A stretch of DNA of 64,000 nt from Octopus sinensis. Its lineage: Eukaryota. Shown here in pieces: positions 61,525 to 64,000 of the stretch. Every line of letters starts with the position of its first letter. Position 1 is the stretch's first letter. The stretch is from the NCBI RefSeq assembly GCF_006345805.1, contig NC_043017.1, positions 3,038,001 through 3,102,000 of the forward strand, written 5' to 3'. The notes under the pieces were generated by a model. That model saw only the letters and a list, made by a program, of their open reading frames with translations, ran no database searches and was not told the DNA's origin. A program made the translations under genes and the position numbers.

Positions 61525-62069
61525 CAGTACCAGGCAGTGGCTCTCATGGCTTCTGATCTTAACTGATTGGAAGTGTTATCATGTACATTGTTTTGTCTTG
61601 GTATAAAAGATGGGCTACAGCAAACATTCTGCTCAATACCACAGACTTGCTTATCAGTTGCTTGACTTTAACCAGTTGAGCATGTCCCTTAGTGGCTGAC
61701 AATATGTACATCTCTGATCACGAGCAGAAGTAGTGGGGGAGCATCATAGCCATGTGTTGAGAGGGATTCTTTGGGGTTTGAATAATTCACCTCTGGAAAC
61801 ATGGGTGGTTCTTTCAACATCCTTAAACAATCCTTATTCAGGGACCTTTTGAGTGGGATGGGCTACTCAACCTGAAGAAAATTCTAACTGGGCCCCACCT
61901 GCAAGGTCATGTGCTGTTTATCTTGATATGAGATCACCATGTCGCGCACATATGGTTGTGATGCATGTGCCTGGTGTACCTTTATCAGACGGGTAGTCAT
62001 GATGGGTATATTGGGCTTCGTATATTTTACCCCAGTGTCACTTTGATGGCATGAACTGCTCTCTCACCC
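61524..62069. mobile_element. ~550-bp non-coding interspersed element embedded in (AAT)n; probably a non-autonomous retroelement
   Basis: Complex sequence with (AAT)n arrays directly on both sides; no ORF. Confidence 0.5.
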
Positions 62070-62088
62070 AATAATAATAATAATAATG

Positions 62089-62125
<37 letters not shown>

Positions 62126-62828
62126 TAATAATAATAACAATAATAATAATAATGATGATGATGATGATGAGGATGAGGATGAGGATGATGATGATGATCA
62201 TGATGAAGATGATGGTGGTGGTGGTGGTGGTGGTGATGTGATGATGATGATGACGACGACAACGACGTTGACCACCTCCACTACCACGATGACGGCGGCG
62301 GCGGTGGTGGAGGGGGTATTGGTGGTGATAGTGGTGGTAGTGGAGGTGGTGGTGGTGGTGGTGGTGGTGGTGGTAATATAACAATGATGATGATGATGAT
62401 GATTACAGCAGTGTGCCCAACAGACCGTAACGAAGATTGGCTCTGATTTAAATATCTTGAAGCTCATTGGTAAATGGTAACGCTGATACCTGCAGCCGTT
62501 AATTGATCACTTCCGGCTTGTCAATGAACTCCATTACTTACCTGTGTGATTGTGTGTGTGCGTGTGTGTGCGTGTGTGTGCGTGCATGTGTGCTTGTGTG
62601 TATACAAATATACGCGTGTATTCATCTATATACATATACATATATATATGTATGTATGCATGTATGTATGTATGTATGTATATATATACATATATGTGTA
62701 TATATGTATGTATATATACACCAATATAAGTATATTTATATATATACATATATAAATATATATATATATATTTGGATGTATGTATTATATAAGTATGTAT
62801 GCATCATGTATATATGCATATATATATG

Positions 62829-62861
<33 letters not shown>

Positions 62862-62898
62862 TATATAAATATATATATATGATACACACACGTAGTAT

Positions 62899-62935
<37 letters not shown>

Positions 62936-63289
62936 TATATATATATATATATACATACATACATAACATACATACATACATACATACATACATACATACA
63001 TAAATATATACATACATACACACATGCGTATACACACGCTCAAAACGAGGGTGGCTACACGCAATCGGACATACACTGGACACTTAGGTTCGCAGATATA
63101 TTAAATCCATGTTACATGCTTTCAGACATGACACTAATTGGCCAGATGACGTAAATGGTCTTAGGAAGGAAAGAAAGCCCCAAGCACCTCCCAGCTTTAC
63201 TATCTGCATGGCTTTCTAGCAGTGCTTTCGGGTTGTGTGTCTGTCTGTACGTTTGTTTGTTTATCTATCTATCAGTCTGTCTATCTGTC

Positions 63290-63553
63290 TGTCTATCTGT
63301 CTGTCTGTATGTATGTATGTATGTATGTATGTATGTGTGTGTATGTGTGTGTATGTATGTATGTATGTATGTATGTATGTCTGTATGAATGTATGTATGT
63401 ATGTATTATGTATGTATGTATGTATGTATGTATGTATGTATGTATGTATGTGTGTATGTATGTATGAATGTATGTATGTATGTATGAATGTATGTATGTA
63501 TGTATGTATGTATGTATGTATGTCTGCACGCATGTATGTATGTACGTACGTAC

Positions 63554-63584
<31 letters not shown>

Positions 63585-63586
63585 TG

Positions 63587-63646
<60 letters not shown>

Positions 63647-63890
63647 TGTATGTATGTATGTGTGTATTTACCCTGTATGTTTGTTTGAATGTATGTCTGT
63701 ATGTATGGATGGATTTAAGTAATTATGTAAGTATGTATGTGTGTATGTATGTATGACTGCATGCATGTATGTATGCTTGTATGTATGTATTTACCCTGTA
63801 TGTAATTATGCATGTATGTATGTATGTATGTGTGTGTGTATGTATGTATGTATGTATGTATGTATGTAGGTATGTATGTATGTGTGCGTG
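63290..63890. repeat. (TATG)n array
   Basis: Direct reading. Confidence 0.95.
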
Positions 63891-64000
63891 TATATACACA
63901 TATATTCAGCGGGCTTCTGCACAAGTTCTGCAAAAACAAAAATTGTTCTCTTAACGTTTCTGCCAAACCTCAAGATTGGAATAAAAAAATACTTTTACAA

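Overview
Eukaryotic, AT-rich, microsatellite-saturated genomic DNA with one 100-N assembly gap. The repeat landscape (several tRNA-derived SINE families, Penelope-like remnants, maT/mariner remnants) looks like an octopus genome; that is an inference, not checked. Nearly all ORFs in the supplied track are simple-repeat artefacts. The one supportable protein gene is a 14-exon minus-strand gene (60622->41137, about 633 aa). All 13 GT-AG junctions are phase-compatible, and the protein resembles IQ-domain-containing protein M (IQCM; similarity recalled from memory). Two things stand out. (1) Four of its exons encode a complete, MIDAS-degenerate von Willebrand A domain inserted in frame into the conserved IQCM C-terminal region and bounded by phase-1 introns, so it can be skipped as a cassette. 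(2) A 733-bp element inserted in (TA)n has 253-bp near-identical direct repeats (period 480 bp), each carrying a fully foldable type I hammerhead ribozyme, which is a retrozyme/Penelope-pLTR architecture. At least three further small repeat families in the window carry hammerhead or hammerhead-like cores.
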